Below the pieces are notes generated by a model. It ran no database searches. It had not been told where the DNA came from and worked only from the letters and a program-made list of their open reading frames with translations. Of a stretch of 64,000 bases of DNA, positions 28,989-39,173 are shown piece by piece (the stretch's first letter is position 1; each line of letters begins with the position of its first letter). A program made the position numbers and the translations under genes. Source of the stretch: an uncultured Bacilli bacterium (lineage in GTDB: Bacteria; Bacillota_I; Bacilli_A; ML615J-28; CAG-313); assembly GCA_949879765.1 (NCBI GenBank), contig CATLBQ010000002.1:79652-143651 (forward strand). Reading direction: 5' to 3'.

Positions 28989-30992
28989 ATGCATTGTACT
29001 AGGATACGATTGCTTTCTAAAATAGTATGGGGAATCATTTGTGTAAGTTGTATTCCGTTTTTGATGTCTCAGCATGTGGCAAAAGCAGAATCTATGGCCA
29101 AACTTTATATGGTTTTTGATAAAATGTCATATAATGCGGGAGAAGAAGTTCATATGACGATGAACTTGGATCACTTTGTTGAATTAAGTGAAGTGAAACT
29201 ACAAATCAAAATCAAATCAGATTATTTTGAACCCGTTTTAACTGAGGGACAATATTTTTACTTTAATAATTCTTCTATTTTTCAAAATGTATTAATGAAC
29301 GATTTTGTAGATGAAAGTTATTTGCGTTTGCGATTGATAAAGAATAATGAAATTCAAGATGGATATTATTCAGGATATCGCAATAATATTTGTTATTTGA
29401 CATTGAAGACCAAAAGACCTATTTTAGATATTCGAGAATGTTTTACACTAGAAAATTATGAGACAATGGGAACTAGTGTATATTTATTCAATACAAAAGA
29501 TGTCATTATACCTTTTGAAATCTTTTATAAAGAAAAGATGAAAATAGAATGGACTAAAGAAGATTATGTAATAGATGTTTTTGGAGAAGTGCCACAATTT
29601 AAAAATGATATTCAGATTATCAATCGGAACCTAGGTGAGTATGAGTACTTGATTGAAAAACAAATTGATACCAATATGATTGGGATTAAAACTGTTCATG
29701 TAGGCATTTATGATAAACTGACTGCGGATTATGTTTTTTTGTCCAAGCCTATACAAGTTGTTGATCGGATTGCTCCAGTATTTACCTATCCATCTTCTAT
29801 TCCAATGATCGACGAACAACTCAAAGAGTTAGATTTACTACATTATATTCAAGTTAGCGATAATTATGATTCTTATTTGGATGTGAAATACAATTATTAT
29901 ACAGATACACTTGAAAAAATAGAGGGATTTGATTCATTTCTAGCGTATTTGGAACACCATTTGCTCGCTTACGTTGCGGCAACAGCTACAGATTCGAGTG
30001 GCAATACCGCAGTTACAGAGCAAATTGAAATACGGATAAAAGATACAAAGGCACCTTCCATTAATCACTTGCCCCAAATAGAAGTTCTTGATGTCGATAT
30101 AGATGAATTTGATATGGATAGTTATTTTCAAATGATAGATGCATATGATAAGGCTCCACGTTTAGTCATTGATATGGATTACGATGATATAGAATTAAAA
30201 GAAGTATTAAAAAGGGGAGAAGTTATCCCTTTTTCCTATTTTGCTGTGGATGCTAGCGGGAATATAAGTGAAACCTATACTTGTGAAATTATGCCTATCG
30301 ATACCACTCCACCTGTCATTTCAGGAAAAGATTTGAGGTTTTTAGATACAGAATTTGTTTTTTCAGCAATAAAGGAGAGTATAATGGTTACGGATAATTT
30401 TCATTTTCCGTGTGCAACTGAAGTAGAATATGTGATTAATGAAGAAAATATGGAATTGCTTATATCTCAAGAAGAATTTGAAAAGGCAATTTTGAGGGGG
30501 AAAAAAGGCTATATTCGTTATTTGGCAGTAGACAAGTTTGGGAATTGTAGTGAACCTTTCGTTCAACACATTGAAATTGTAGATACTACTGTACCTATCA
30601 TTCATATCAAAGGGATAGAAGATGGAAAAAAATATATTCAAGTGAAGCAAATTCAATATGAAATTATAGAAAATTTTGATGGATATGAAAGTAAAATATG
30701 GCTAGATAATCAGCCATTTGATCCAGCACACTTAGAAAAATTATCTATTGGTGAACATTTGTTTTATATAGAAGTGACGGATCAAGCTGGGAATAGAGCA
30801 CAAAAAGAAATCCATTTTACCATTATAGAAGATAATGTGATTGGATGTCATGGCGATTTAGATTGTTATGTAACCAATTATTTGGAGATTGTGATTATTG
30901 CAACTACATTAATTGTGTTTGTTGTAGTAATAATTTTAACAAAAATCTTTTCAACTCAAAAAAAATATCGGAAACAAAAAGAAAAAATATAA
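28989..30992 (+). CDS. Hypothetical large cell-surface protein with an N-terminal signal peptide and a C-terminal TM anchor.
   Basis: 667 aa. Hydrophobic signal ending AKA. Acidic beta-rich body. C-terminal hydrophobic helix followed by a basic tail KKYRKQKEKI. No LPXTG motif. Confidence 0.5.
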   Translation: MHCTRIRLLSKIVWGIICVSCIPFLMSQHVAKAESMAKLYMVFDKMSYNAGEEVHMTMNLDHFVELSEVKLQIKIKSDYFEPVLTEGQYFYFNNSSIFQNVLMNDFVDESYLRLRLIKNNEIQDGYYSGYRNNICYLTLKTKRPILDIRECFTLENYETMGTSVYLFNTKDVIIPFEIFYKEKMKIEWTKEDYVIDVFGEVPQFKNDIQIINRNLGEYEYLIEKQIDTNMIGIKTVHVGIYDKLTADYVFLSKPIQVVDRIAPVFTYPSSIPMIDEQLKELDLLHYIQVSDNYDSYLDVKYNYYTDTLEKIEGFDSFLAYLEHHLLAYVAATATDSSGNTAVTEQIEIRIKDTKAPSINHLPQIEVLDVDIDEFDMDSYFQMIDAYDKAPRLVIDMDYDDIELKEVLKRGEVIPFSYFAVDASGNISETYTCEIMPIDTTPPVISGKDLRFLDTEFVFSAIKESIMVTDNFHFPCATEVEYVINEENMELLISQEEFEKAILRGKKGYIRYLAVDKFGNCSEPFVQHIEIVDTTVPIIHIKGIEDGKKYIQVKQIQYEIIENFDGYESKIWLDNQPFDPAHLEKLSIGEHLFYIEVTDQAGNRAQKEIHFTIIEDNVIGCHGDLDCYVTNYLEIVIIATTLIVFVVVIILTKIFSTQKKYRKQKEKI

Positions 30993-31085
30993 ATATGTAG
31001 ATATAAAATATCATTTTTCTTTTAAAAAAAACCATTTTATGCTATAATGGGCAAGTAAAAAATGACCTTTTAGGAGGATAATGTA

Positions 31086-33011
31086 ATGTGTAAAAAATGT
31101 TATGTGAGTACGCCTATTTATTACGCAAGTGGGAATATTCAAATTGGCAATAGTTATACAACGGTTGCTTGCGATGTATATGCAAGGTATAACCGACAAA
31201 TGGGGAGAAAAACATTCTTTTTAACAGGAATGGATGAACATGGTCAAAAAATTGAGGAGGCTGCGTCAAAAGCAGGTGTGGAACCACAAGCATTTGTCGA
31301 TGAAGTAGCCAAACAAACGCAAGCATTATGGCAAGCAATGCATATAGATTATGATTATTTTGTGCGGACAACAGATAAAAATCATGAAAAGGTTGTCGCA
31401 GAAGTTTTTGAACAATTATTGAAAAATGATGACATTTATTTGGGTTCCTATAGTGGGCATTATTGTGTATCTTGTGAAACCTTTTTTACTGAAAAAGAAT
31501 TAGGGGAAAATCATACTTGCCCTGATTGTGGCAAGCCTACTAAAATTGTGTCTGAGGAAAGTTATTTTTTAAGATTGAAAAAATATGCTCACCCTTTATT
31601 AGAATACATTGAAAGTCATCCTGATTTTATTCAACCAATCACAAGAAGAAATGAAGTGGTTTCTTTCATACAATCTGGTCTTGAAGATTTATGTGTAAGT
31701 AGAACTTCTTTTGAATGGGGAGTCAAAGTACCAAGTAATCCTAAACACGTCATTTATGTATGGATAGATGCACTATTTAATTATTTAACTTCTTTGGGAT
31801 ATGGTAGTGATCAGTTAGAAAATTATCAGACATTTTGGGTGAACAATGCACGTGTTTTGCATGTTATTGGCAAGGACATTTTAAGATTCCATGCGATTTA
31901 TTGGCCTATTCTATTGATGGCCTTAGAGATTCCAATTCAATTTAAGCTCTATGTTCATGGTTGGATTTTGACAAAAGAAGGAAAAATGTCTAAATCAAGA
32001 GGAAATGCAGTATACCCAATGGAATTGATGAGCCGTTATGGTGTAGATAGTGTACGGTATTATTTAGCGAAGGAATTACCTTTAGGAAATGATGGCTTAT
32101 TTAGTTATGAACGTTTTATTGAACGATACAATACAGAATTAGCTAATGATTTAGGCAATTTAGTTAGTCGTACGGTTTCAATGATTGAAAAATATTGTGG
32201 TGGTATGGTGCCAGAATTAAAAGAAGCTACGCCATATGATGCATCATTACAAGAAACGGCTTTACTAGCGATAAGGGAAACAAAGAAAAATTTTGAAGCA
32301 TTTGAATTACAAAATGCTATGCAAGCAACATGGCAATTGGTTAGAAGAGTAAATAAATACATCGATGAAACTGCACCTTGGCTTTTGGCAAAAGATGAAA
32401 ATAAAGTAGGCGAATTATCTACAGTAATGTATCACTTAGCGGAATCACTCAGAATCATTGCTCATTTGGTTGCTCCTTATTTGGTGGAAACTGCTCCCAA
32501 GATATTGCAATCCATTGGTCAGCCAGAAGATGGCTTTGATTTAGAGGACTTATCATTTGGAAAACCAAGTGATGGAGCAAAGGTTGTGAAAATGGAATCG
32601 TTATTCCAACGATTAGATATGAAGCTAGAATTAGAATATTTTGAAAAGAAAAAGAATGCTGTTTCGGAAGTGAAAAAAGAAGCGGAAACTCCACTCATTT
32701 CTATTGATGATTTTTCAAAGGTTGTATTAAAAATAGGGGAAATTATTGATTGTAAAAAACATCAAAATGCAGAAAAATTATTGGTATCTCAAATTCAAAT
32801 TGGATCAGAAATCCGTCAAATTGTTTCAGGTATTGCAATGCATTATCAACCAGAGGAAATGGTTGGAAAAAAAGTAGTTGTAGTAACCAATTTAAAGCCC
32901 GTTAAAATTAGAGGCGTTGAGTCTTGTGGCATGGTGCTATGTGCCGCAAATGAAGAAAAATTAGAACTGCTTGAAGTTGAAAAAATGCCAAGTGGAACGA
33001 TGGTTAGATAA
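31086..33011 (+). CDS. metG: Methionine--tRNA ligase with a C-terminal EMAP-like tRNA-binding domain.
   Basis: Class I HIGH-like region (PIYYASGNIQIGNSYT). KMSKS. Zinc knuckle (CVSCETF...CPDCG). C-terminal OB-fold domain. Confidence 0.9.
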   Translation: MCKKCYVSTPIYYASGNIQIGNSYTTVACDVYARYNRQMGRKTFFLTGMDEHGQKIEEAASKAGVEPQAFVDEVAKQTQALWQAMHIDYDYFVRTTDKNHEKVVAEVFEQLLKNDDIYLGSYSGHYCVSCETFFTEKELGENHTCPDCGKPTKIVSEESYFLRLKKYAHPLLEYIESHPDFIQPITRRNEVVSFIQSGLEDLCVSRTSFEWGVKVPSNPKHVIYVWIDALFNYLTSLGYGSDQLENYQTFWVNNARVLHVIGKDILRFHAIYWPILLMALEIPIQFKLYVHGWILTKEGKMSKSRGNAVYPMELMSRYGVDSVRYYLAKELPLGNDGLFSYERFIERYNTELANDLGNLVSRTVSMIEKYCGGMVPELKEATPYDASLQETALLAIRETKKNFEAFELQNAMQATWQLVRRVNKYIDETAPWLLAKDENKVGELSTVMYHLAESLRIIAHLVAPYLVETAPKILQSIGQPEDGFDLEDLSFGKPSDGAKVVKMESLFQRLDMKLELEYFEKKKNAVSEVKKEAETPLISIDDFSKVVLKIGEIIDCKKHQNAEKLLVSQIQIGSEIRQIVSGIAMHYQPEEMVGKKVVVVTNLKPVKIRGVESCGMVLCAANEEKLELLEVEKMPSGTMVR

Positions 33012-33012
33012 T

Positions 33013-34296
33013 ATGTGGTTTTTGACACAAGAATCTTTTGATATCAAAAGTTTATTACCACTAGTTGTGCTACTTTCCATTTGTGCGATTATTCCCATAG
33101 TTCTATCTATTCTACGTGCTAAGTTTATCCCTGTTTTTGTACTTGAAATTGTGTCGGGTATTATCCTTGCCAATGTTCCTGGTATAAGAGAAATCTTTTT
33201 AACAGAAGGCGAAATGAGTTCGTTCATGCAAGGTTTATATGTGGTTGGACTTTCTGTGCTTCTTTTTCTCAGTGGATTAGATGTAGATTATACGGTTTTA
33301 AAAAGAAAAAAAGAAAAGGGAAGTCTTGCAATTAATCGTTTAACGAATATTTTGCTTTTATTGGTGATTGTTTTAAGTATAGGAGCTAGCCTTTTATTTC
33401 AAAAGTACATTGAAAAAGAAAATATTTTGGGAATAAGTTTACTTGTTTTGGTTTTTTCTTCAACATTTGCTTCAGTAGTCATTCCTGAAGTGCATGATGA
33501 AGGATTATCACATACCACAATTGGAAAAATCATTAATAATTATGCAACTAAGGCAGAGTTTATTTCTATTATCGGTCTTAGTGTATTGATGATTAGTATA
33601 GGGATGACAAAAGAGCAGAAACCTTGGTTGCTTTTGATTCTGGTTGTTTCGTTGATTTTGGTATATATTTTTACGCGTTATTTTCACTTTAGAATTTTTA
33701 CGAAAATTACAGATGGTGTAGTCCATTTTGGATTACGATTAACTGTAGCACTGCTTTTGGGATTGATTATTTTATGTAGTGCCTCAGGTGTGGAATATAT
33801 TTTAGGTGCCTTTTTAGCAGGAGCGGTGATTAAATTTGCAAAAGTGAGTGATGCTGCCATTCATAAAGTGGAAACCGTAGGATATGGTATATTTGTTCCA
33901 ATATTTTACATCCTTGTGGGATTTAAGGTTGGATTGGTATCACCATTTTCGGAATTCTTTATGTGGGAAAACATGAAGTTAGTATTGATGTTGTTTATCG
34001 TTTTAATTATTGTAAAAGTACCATTTATGTATTTATGTAGATGGTTTCCATTTTCGACAAGTTTGCAAACAATGATCTTTATGGCATGTACCTTAATTGT
34101 AGGGATTACGGCTGAAGAATTTCATATTTTCAATGCCTCTTTTTGTTCTGCATTGATTGTTGCTTCTTGTTTGACTTGCATTATTCCTCCGATTTTATTT
34201 GATATTACGAAACGGTTTGGTTATAGCAAGAAAGAAAATGATGATCGGATTATCAATCCGAATCAGGAATCAAAAATAGAATTCAAGACAAAATAA
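33013..34296 (+). CDS. Cation:proton antiporter-like polytopic membrane protein.
   Basis: About 11 TM helices. The ATG is 2 nt after the metG stop. The ORF track's upstream extension overlaps metG and is rejected. Confidence 0.45.
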   Translation: MWFLTQESFDIKSLLPLVVLLSICAIIPIVLSILRAKFIPVFVLEIVSGIILANVPGIREIFLTEGEMSSFMQGLYVVGLSVLLFLSGLDVDYTVLKRKKEKGSLAINRLTNILLLLVIVLSIGASLLFQKYIEKENILGISLLVLVFSSTFASVVIPEVHDEGLSHTTIGKIINNYATKAEFISIIGLSVLMISIGMTKEQKPWLLLILVVSLILVYIFTRYFHFRIFTKITDGVVHFGLRLTVALLLGLIILCSASGVEYILGAFLAGAVIKFAKVSDAAIHKVETVGYGIFVPIFYILVGFKVGLVSPFSEFFMWENMKLVLMLFIVLIIVKVPFMYLCRWFPFSTSLQTMIFMACTLIVGITAEEFHIFNASFCSALIVASCLTCIIPPILFDITKRFGYSKKENDDRIINPNQESKIEFKTK

Positions 34297-34310
34297 TAGA
34301 GGAAGAAAAA

Positions 34311-35390
34311 ATGGAACAAGAGCAACCATCCGTTAAAGATAACGGAATATCAAAAAAGGAAAAATATGTTTTTCACACGTTAGAACGCAATAAAAATAAC
34401 AATCAGTTGATCAAATCCATCGCATTGGTGGTACTTGGAACGGTGATTTATTGCTTTGGTGTGGTTTGGATTTTACAACTTGGTGGATTCTTTTCTGGGG
34501 GTGTAACAGGTGCTTCCCAGTTGATTGTAGGTCTCATTGAAAAATTTGGTGGGCCCAAATCAATTAGAGGATATTTAGGCGTTTTTGTTGGTTTAATCAA
34601 TTTGCCTTTGTTGATTATAGGGTATCGTGGTGTAAGTAAGCACTTTGTTATTTTAACGATTATTTCTATCGTTTTACAGACAGTTTTGATATCCATTATT
34701 GCAAATCTTTCTGTGAGCCCATTCATTTATTTGTTAAGTGATGGTGGAAAAGTGGGCGATGGCATTATTGATATTTTTACTAACAAAGGACTTAGTTTTG
34801 CGTATAATGAAACCAACCTATTAGCAGAAGAGGCCTTTAGGCAAAATATGCAACCAGGTACAAGATTATTGTTGGCCATTATTGGTGGATTAGTGACGGG
34901 ATATGGATCTGCACTTTGTTTAAAAGGTGGAGGCTCAACTGGTGGTATTGATATCATTTCCAATTATTTGGTGATGAAAAAAAGGGTTCCATTTACCAAA
35001 TATCAGTTTTTAGTAGATATGACTATCATTTGTGCATCAGCCTTGATAAGTGTAGAAAATGTGCTATACACTATTATTCGTTTGATAGTATCCATGAAAG
35101 TACTACAAGCACTTTATCAAGCTTATCAGACTACGCGATTGGAAATTATCACAGATAAGTCGAAAGAATTAAAAGAAGCATTCTTAGAACATTTTTATCA
35201 TAGTATGACAATATATGATGCGGTAGGCGGATACACCAATCAAAGCAAAAAAGTAATAGAAATCTACTGTATGAATTTTGAAACACCAGAGTATATGGCT
35301 TTGATTAATTCAATTGATCCTAAGGCGTTTGTAATTACAACCAAAGTCAAAATGATTAGAGGAAATTATGCACAGCGTTCGATTATTTAG
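34311..35390 (+). CDS. YitT-family membrane protein (DUF161 membrane domain plus a C-terminal DUF2179-like domain).
   Basis: Gly-rich TM segments (GGFFSGGVTGASQLIV, GGSTGGIDII) and a soluble C-terminal domain typical of YitT/YqfU proteins. Confidence 0.55.
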   Translation: MEQEQPSVKDNGISKKEKYVFHTLERNKNNNQLIKSIALVVLGTVIYCFGVVWILQLGGFFSGGVTGASQLIVGLIEKFGGPKSIRGYLGVFVGLINLPLLIIGYRGVSKHFVILTIISIVLQTVLISIIANLSVSPFIYLLSDGGKVGDGIIDIFTNKGLSFAYNETNLLAEEAFRQNMQPGTRLLLAIIGGLVTGYGSALCLKGGGSTGGIDIISNYLVMKKRVPFTKYQFLVDMTIICASALISVENVLYTIIRLIVSMKVLQALYQAYQTTRLEIITDKSKELKEAFLEHFYHSMTIYDAVGGYTNQSKKVIEIYCMNFETPEYMALINSIDPKAFVITTKVKMIRGNYAQRSII

Positions 35391-35413
35391 TAAAAATAAA
35401 GAAAGCTTTATTG

Positions 35414-35442
35414 TTTGACAAAAAATACCTTTTCGTGTATAA
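35414..35442 (+). promoter_or_regulatory. Consensus promoter of rplM-rpsI.
   Basis: TTGACA, 17-nt spacer, TATAAT, followed by an ~80-nt leader that may be an L13-leader-type autoregulatory structure. Confidence 0.6.
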
Positions 35443-35524
35443 TATATCCGATACATTGAGTCGAGAGACTTTAAACCCACAAACTTAAGCCCTTCAAATT
35501 CAGAAGTATTAGGAGGAAATAAAA

Positions 35525-35971
35525 ATGCGTACAACTTATATGGACACAGTTCAAAGCGCAAGAGAAAATCGTAAATGGTATGTTATTGACGCCCAAGATT
35601 TAGTTTTAGGTCGTATGGCTGTTGCAGTAGCTACTGTTTTAAAAGGAAAACACAAACCTACTTATACACCACATATTGATGGTGGTGATTATGTAGTTGT
35701 TGTTAATGCAGAAAAAGTAGTATTAACAGGAAACAAAATGCAAGGCAAAAAGTATTATCGTCATTCTCAATATGCAGGAGGCTTAAAAACGCGTACTGCC
35801 GCAGAAATGATGGATAAGCAACCACAAAAAATTGTTGAATTAGCAGTTAGAGGAATGTTACCAAAAGGTCCTCAAGGTGATAATATGTATCGCCGTCTTT
35901 ATGTTTATGTAGGACCTGAACATGAACAAGGTGCACAAAAACCTGAAGCATTCCCACTAGAAGTGAAATAG
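35525..35971 (+). CDS. rplM: 50S ribosomal protein L13.
   Basis: MRTTYMDTVQSARENRKWYVIDA... RBS AGGAGGAAA. Confidence 0.9.
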   Translation: MRTTYMDTVQSARENRKWYVIDAQDLVLGRMAVAVATVLKGKHKPTYTPHIDGGDYVVVVNAEKVVLTGNKMQGKKYYRHSQYAGGLKTRTAAEMMDKQPQKIVELAVRGMLPKGPQGDNMYRRLYVYVGPEHEQGAQKPEAFPLEVK

Positions 35972-35984
35972 GAGGAAATAGAAT

Positions 35985-36377
35985 ATGGAAAAAGCAGTTT
36001 ATCAAGCAACTGGCCGTCGTAAAAGTTCTGTAGCTAGAGTACGTTTAGTACCAGGTAATGGAAAGTTTATTGTTAATGGTCGTAATTTCGTTGAATATAT
36101 TCCTTCTGCAGCCATTCGTTTAGACGTTTTGCAACCATTAAATATTACAGATACAGGTACACAATACGATGTATATGTTAATGTAAATGGTGGTGGAATT
36201 AGTGGCCAAGCAGGTGCTATTCGTTTAGGTATTAGCCGTGCATTATTACTTGTTAATCCAGAGTTCCGCTCTTCATTGAAAAAAGCTGGTATGCTTACTC
36301 GAGATCCTCGTGCTACAGAACGTAAGAAATACGGTCTTCGCAAAGCTCGTCGTGCACCACAATTCTCAAAACGTTAG
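35985..36377 (+). CDS. rpsI: 30S ribosomal protein S9.
   Basis: [14 protein letters not shown] ... C-terminal [11 protein letters not shown]. Confidence 0.9.
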   Translation: MEKAVYQATGRRKSSVARVRLVPGNGKFIVNGRNFVEYIPSAAIRLDVLQPLNITDTGTQYDVYVNVNGGGISGQAGAIRLGISRALLLVNPEFRSSLKKAGMLTRDPRATERKKYGLRKARRAPQFSKR

Positions 36378-36413
36378 TCGTACTGTTTACAAGACGCTTA
36401 GCTTATGTTTATT

Positions 36414-36447
36414 GAGACCACAAATAAGTGTTTGTGGTCTTATTTTT
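36414..36447 (+). terminator. Rho-independent terminator after rpsI.
   Basis: AGACCACAAA-loop-TTTGTGGTCT, a 10-bp perfect stem, followed by TATTTTT. Confidence 0.8.
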
Positions 36448-36474
36448 CTATTTGAATGAAGAAAGGAAGATAAA

Positions 36475-36690
36475 ATGAAACAAAAAATGGTATTAGGTGT
36501 GTCTATTTTTCTTGGAGGTATTTTAGGAAGTGGTTTATTTGCTATTGCCCAATCATTATGCAATGTTGCACAGACACTTGGAGATCGACCACAAAATGTA
36601 TGCGGTATATTGAGTTTTGCCTTCTTGATTTTTGTGTTAGTAGGTATCATCTTGATAGTCGTAGAGTTTAAAAATAAGGAAAATAAATAG
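36475..36690 (+). CDS. Hypothetical small membrane protein (71 aa, two TM helices).
   Basis: RBS GAAAGGAAG. Sits directly upstream of cysS with a 19-nt gap. Confidence 0.4.
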   Translation: MKQKMVLGVSIFLGGILGSGLFAIAQSLCNVAQTLGDRPQNVCGILSFAFLIFVLVGIILIVVEFKNKENK

Positions 36691-36709
36691 CAAGAAAGGA
36701 AGAAAGGCT

Positions 36710-38059
36710 ATGTTTGATAAAAAAAACATAAAGGTTTATAATTCTTTATCCAATAAAATTGAAACTTTTATCCCCATTCACGAAAATGAGGTATCTATGT
36801 ATGTTTGTGGGCCTACTGTATATAATCATATGCATATAGGAAACGCAAGACCAGTCATTTTCTTTGATGTGGTTAGACGTTTTTTAGAATATATAGGGTT
36901 TCGTGTGACATATGTTTCTAATTTTACAGATATTGATGATAAGATTATTCGAAAAGCGGTAGAACTAGGAACAACAGAAGAAGCTGTCAGTGAAAAGTAT
37001 ATTCGCGCTTATTTAGAGGCTTGTCAAAAAGTAGGTTGTTCAGAAAATGTAATTCATCCAAAAGTAACCGAACATATTGAAGAGATTGTTCATTTTATTG
37101 ATGAATTGGTGAGATCAGGGCATGCCTATCAAATCGGAGATGATGTCTACTTTAGTGTAAGAAGTATCAAGGAATATGGTGTATTATCTAATCAAAAAAT
37201 AGATGAATTGGAAACAGGTTCAAGAATTGATATCAATACAAATAAACAAGACCCAGCCGATTTTACATTGTGGAAAAAAACAAATGATATCGGAAAAAAA
37301 TGGGATAGTCCGTTTGGGATGGGTAGACCTGGATGGCATACAGAATGCGTTGTCATGATTGATAAGATTTTTCATGGCAAAATTGATATTCATGGTGGAG
37401 GGAATGACTTAAAATTTCCACATCACGAGAATGAAATTGCTCAATCTATGGCATTACATCATCATATGATTGCAAATTATTGGATTCATAATGCGAGAAT
37501 AGATTTAAGTGGTGAGAAGATGAGTAAGTCGGTCGGTAATGTAATATGGTTAAAAGATATTATTGAAGAATATCCACCACAAGCTTATCGTCTTTTTGTG
37601 CTTGCTAATCACTATCGTCAAAGCATTAACTATTCGCAAGAAACGATGGAAAAAATGGTAGTTGAATGGGAAAAAATCGAAAAAACATACATCAGTTTAG
37701 AAAGACAATTGGAACTGCAAAATCAATTGGATGGTGGCCAGATATTACCTATTTTGGATGAATTTTTGCAAGAAATGGCGTATGATTTTAATACGGCCAA
37801 TGCGTTAAGTGTGCTGTATGCCCATATGAAAAATATCAATAAGGATATGCGTGCAAATGTATCCATAGATGCTTTACAAAATGATTTTGCCACACTCCAA
37901 GCCATGCTTAGTATTTTTGGATTAAAAGTCGAACTATTGCCTCTATCCGCAGATGAAAAACAACTAGTACAATCTTGGATGGAAGCAAGAAAAAATAAAA
38001 ATTTTGAAAAAGCAGACTTGCTTCGAAGTCAAATCGTATCTCAAGGTATTCGACTATAA
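36710..38059 (+). CDS. cysS: Cysteine--tRNA ligase.
   Basis: VCGPTVYNHMHIGNARP (HIGH), KMSKS, zinc-binding Cys/His. Confidence 0.9.
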   Translation: MFDKKNIKVYNSLSNKIETFIPIHENEVSMYVCGPTVYNHMHIGNARPVIFFDVVRRFLEYIGFRVTYVSNFTDIDDKIIRKAVELGTTEEAVSEKYIRAYLEACQKVGCSENVIHPKVTEHIEEIVHFIDELVRSGHAYQIGDDVYFSVRSIKEYGVLSNQKIDELETGSRIDINTNKQDPADFTLWKKTNDIGKKWDSPFGMGRPGWHTECVVMIDKIFHGKIDIHGGGNDLKFPHHENEIAQSMALHHHMIANYWIHNARIDLSGEKMSKSVGNVIWLKDIIEEYPPQAYRLFVLANHYRQSINYSQETMEKMVVEWEKIEKTYISLERQLELQNQLDGGQILPILDEFLQEMAYDFNTANALSVLYAHMKNINKDMRANVSIDALQNDFATLQAMLSIFGLKVELLPLSADEKQLVQSWMEARKNKNFEKADLLRSQIVSQGIRL

Positions 38060-38439
38060 TGAACCCACAACTTTTAAATGGCAGTAACTTGGCCTACATT
38101 GGTGATGCATATTATGAATTGAGAGTCAGATATCATTTATTATCAAAGGGAATCACTAGGAATGCTGCTTTACGCAAGGCAAGTATCGCTTATGTCAGTG
38201 CTGCAGCTCACCAAAATATATATGCATCCATTCAAGTAGAATTTAGTGAAGAAGAACGGCAAATTTTTTTGCGAGGAAGAAATCATGCACCTAAAGGATA
38301 TCGTAAAAATGTGGATAAAGGGGCGTATGTGATTTCTAGTGGTCTTGAGGCGGTTATTGGTTATTTATATTTAACAGGTAATCAATCACGATTGGATGAT
38401 TTGATTCAAAAAATGTTCGCTGTAGTAGAAGGAGAGTAA
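38059..38439 (+). CDS. mrnC: Mini-ribonuclease 3.
   Basis: LAYIGDAYYELRVRYHL RNase III-like signature. Conserved position after cysS. Confidence 0.8.
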   Translation: MNPQLLNGSNLAYIGDAYYELRVRYHLLSKGITRNAALRKASIAYVSAAAHQNIYASIQVEFSEEERQIFLRGRNHAPKGYRKNVDKGAYVISSGLEAVIGYLYLTGNQSRLDDLIQKMFAVVEGE

Positions 38440-38442
38440 AAA

Positions 38443-39162
38443 ATGTATATTTATGGTAAAAATACTGTAATAGAAGCACTCAAAACTCAAAAAGAAATGG
38501 ATAAGATTTATTTGTCCACGAGCAATCAAGAAATGCGTCCACAAATAGTGTCTTATCTCAAAAAGCAATCCACGCAAATTGTTATGATGCCACTTGCTAT
38601 GATGAATCAAAAGTTTCCGGGGAATCATCAAGGTATAGTAGCAAGTGTCAAAGAATATCAATATGTAGAACTGAGTGCGTTATTGACAACTGTGGAGCAA
38701 CAAGAACAAGTAGCCTTTGCTATTTTAGATGGCTTAGAAGATCCACATAATTTAGGAGCAATTCTTAGAACAGCTGATGCGACTCAAATGGATGGTATCA
38801 TTATACCTAAAAATAGAAGTGTTGGGTTAAATGCCACGGTGGCCAAAGTTTCTACAGGAGCAATTGAACATATTCCTGTTGTACAGGCGACCAATCTTGT
38901 GCAAACGATTGAGACCTTAAAGCAAAATGGCTTTTGGATCATTGGACTCGAGATGGATGGTTCGGTTGACTATAAAAAACAAGATTATCACGGAAAAATT
39001 GCCGTTGTCATTGGATCAGAGGGAAAGGGAATTTCACGATTGGTTAAAGAACATTGTGATTTCTTTGTACATATTCCGATGTATGGACATGTGACTTCTT
39101 TGAACGCTTCTGTATCAGCGAGTATTATTTTTTATGAAATCCTACGGAATCGTTTGACATAA
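38443..39162 (+). CDS. rlmB: 23S rRNA (guanosine-2'-O)-methyltransferase RlmB (SpoU family).
   Basis: SpoU/TrmH fold motifs (LDGLEDPHNLGAILRTA, GSEGKGIS). Conserved position. Confidence 0.8.
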   Translation: MYIYGKNTVIEALKTQKEMDKIYLSTSNQEMRPQIVSYLKKQSTQIVMMPLAMMNQKFPGNHQGIVASVKEYQYVELSALLTTVEQQEQVAFAILDGLEDPHNLGAILRTADATQMDGIIIPKNRSVGLNATVAKVSTGAIEHIPVVQATNLVQTIETLKQNGFWIIGLEMDGSVDYKKQDYHGKIAVVIGSEGKGISRLVKEHCDFFVHIPMYGHVTSLNASVSASIIFYEILRNRLT

Positions 39163-39173
39163 GTAAAGAGAGA

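Noticed and set aside
30993-31085. A possible T-box or other riboswitch leader before metG and cysS, and an M-box before mgtE.
   Set aside because: The leaders are only about 20-95 nt, too short for T-box (~250 nt) or M-box (~160 nt) elements. No specifier, T-box or antiterminator motifs were seen.
36002-36343. A 113-aa minus ORF within rpsI.
   Set aside because: It is antisense to ribosomal protein S9, which is strongly supported.
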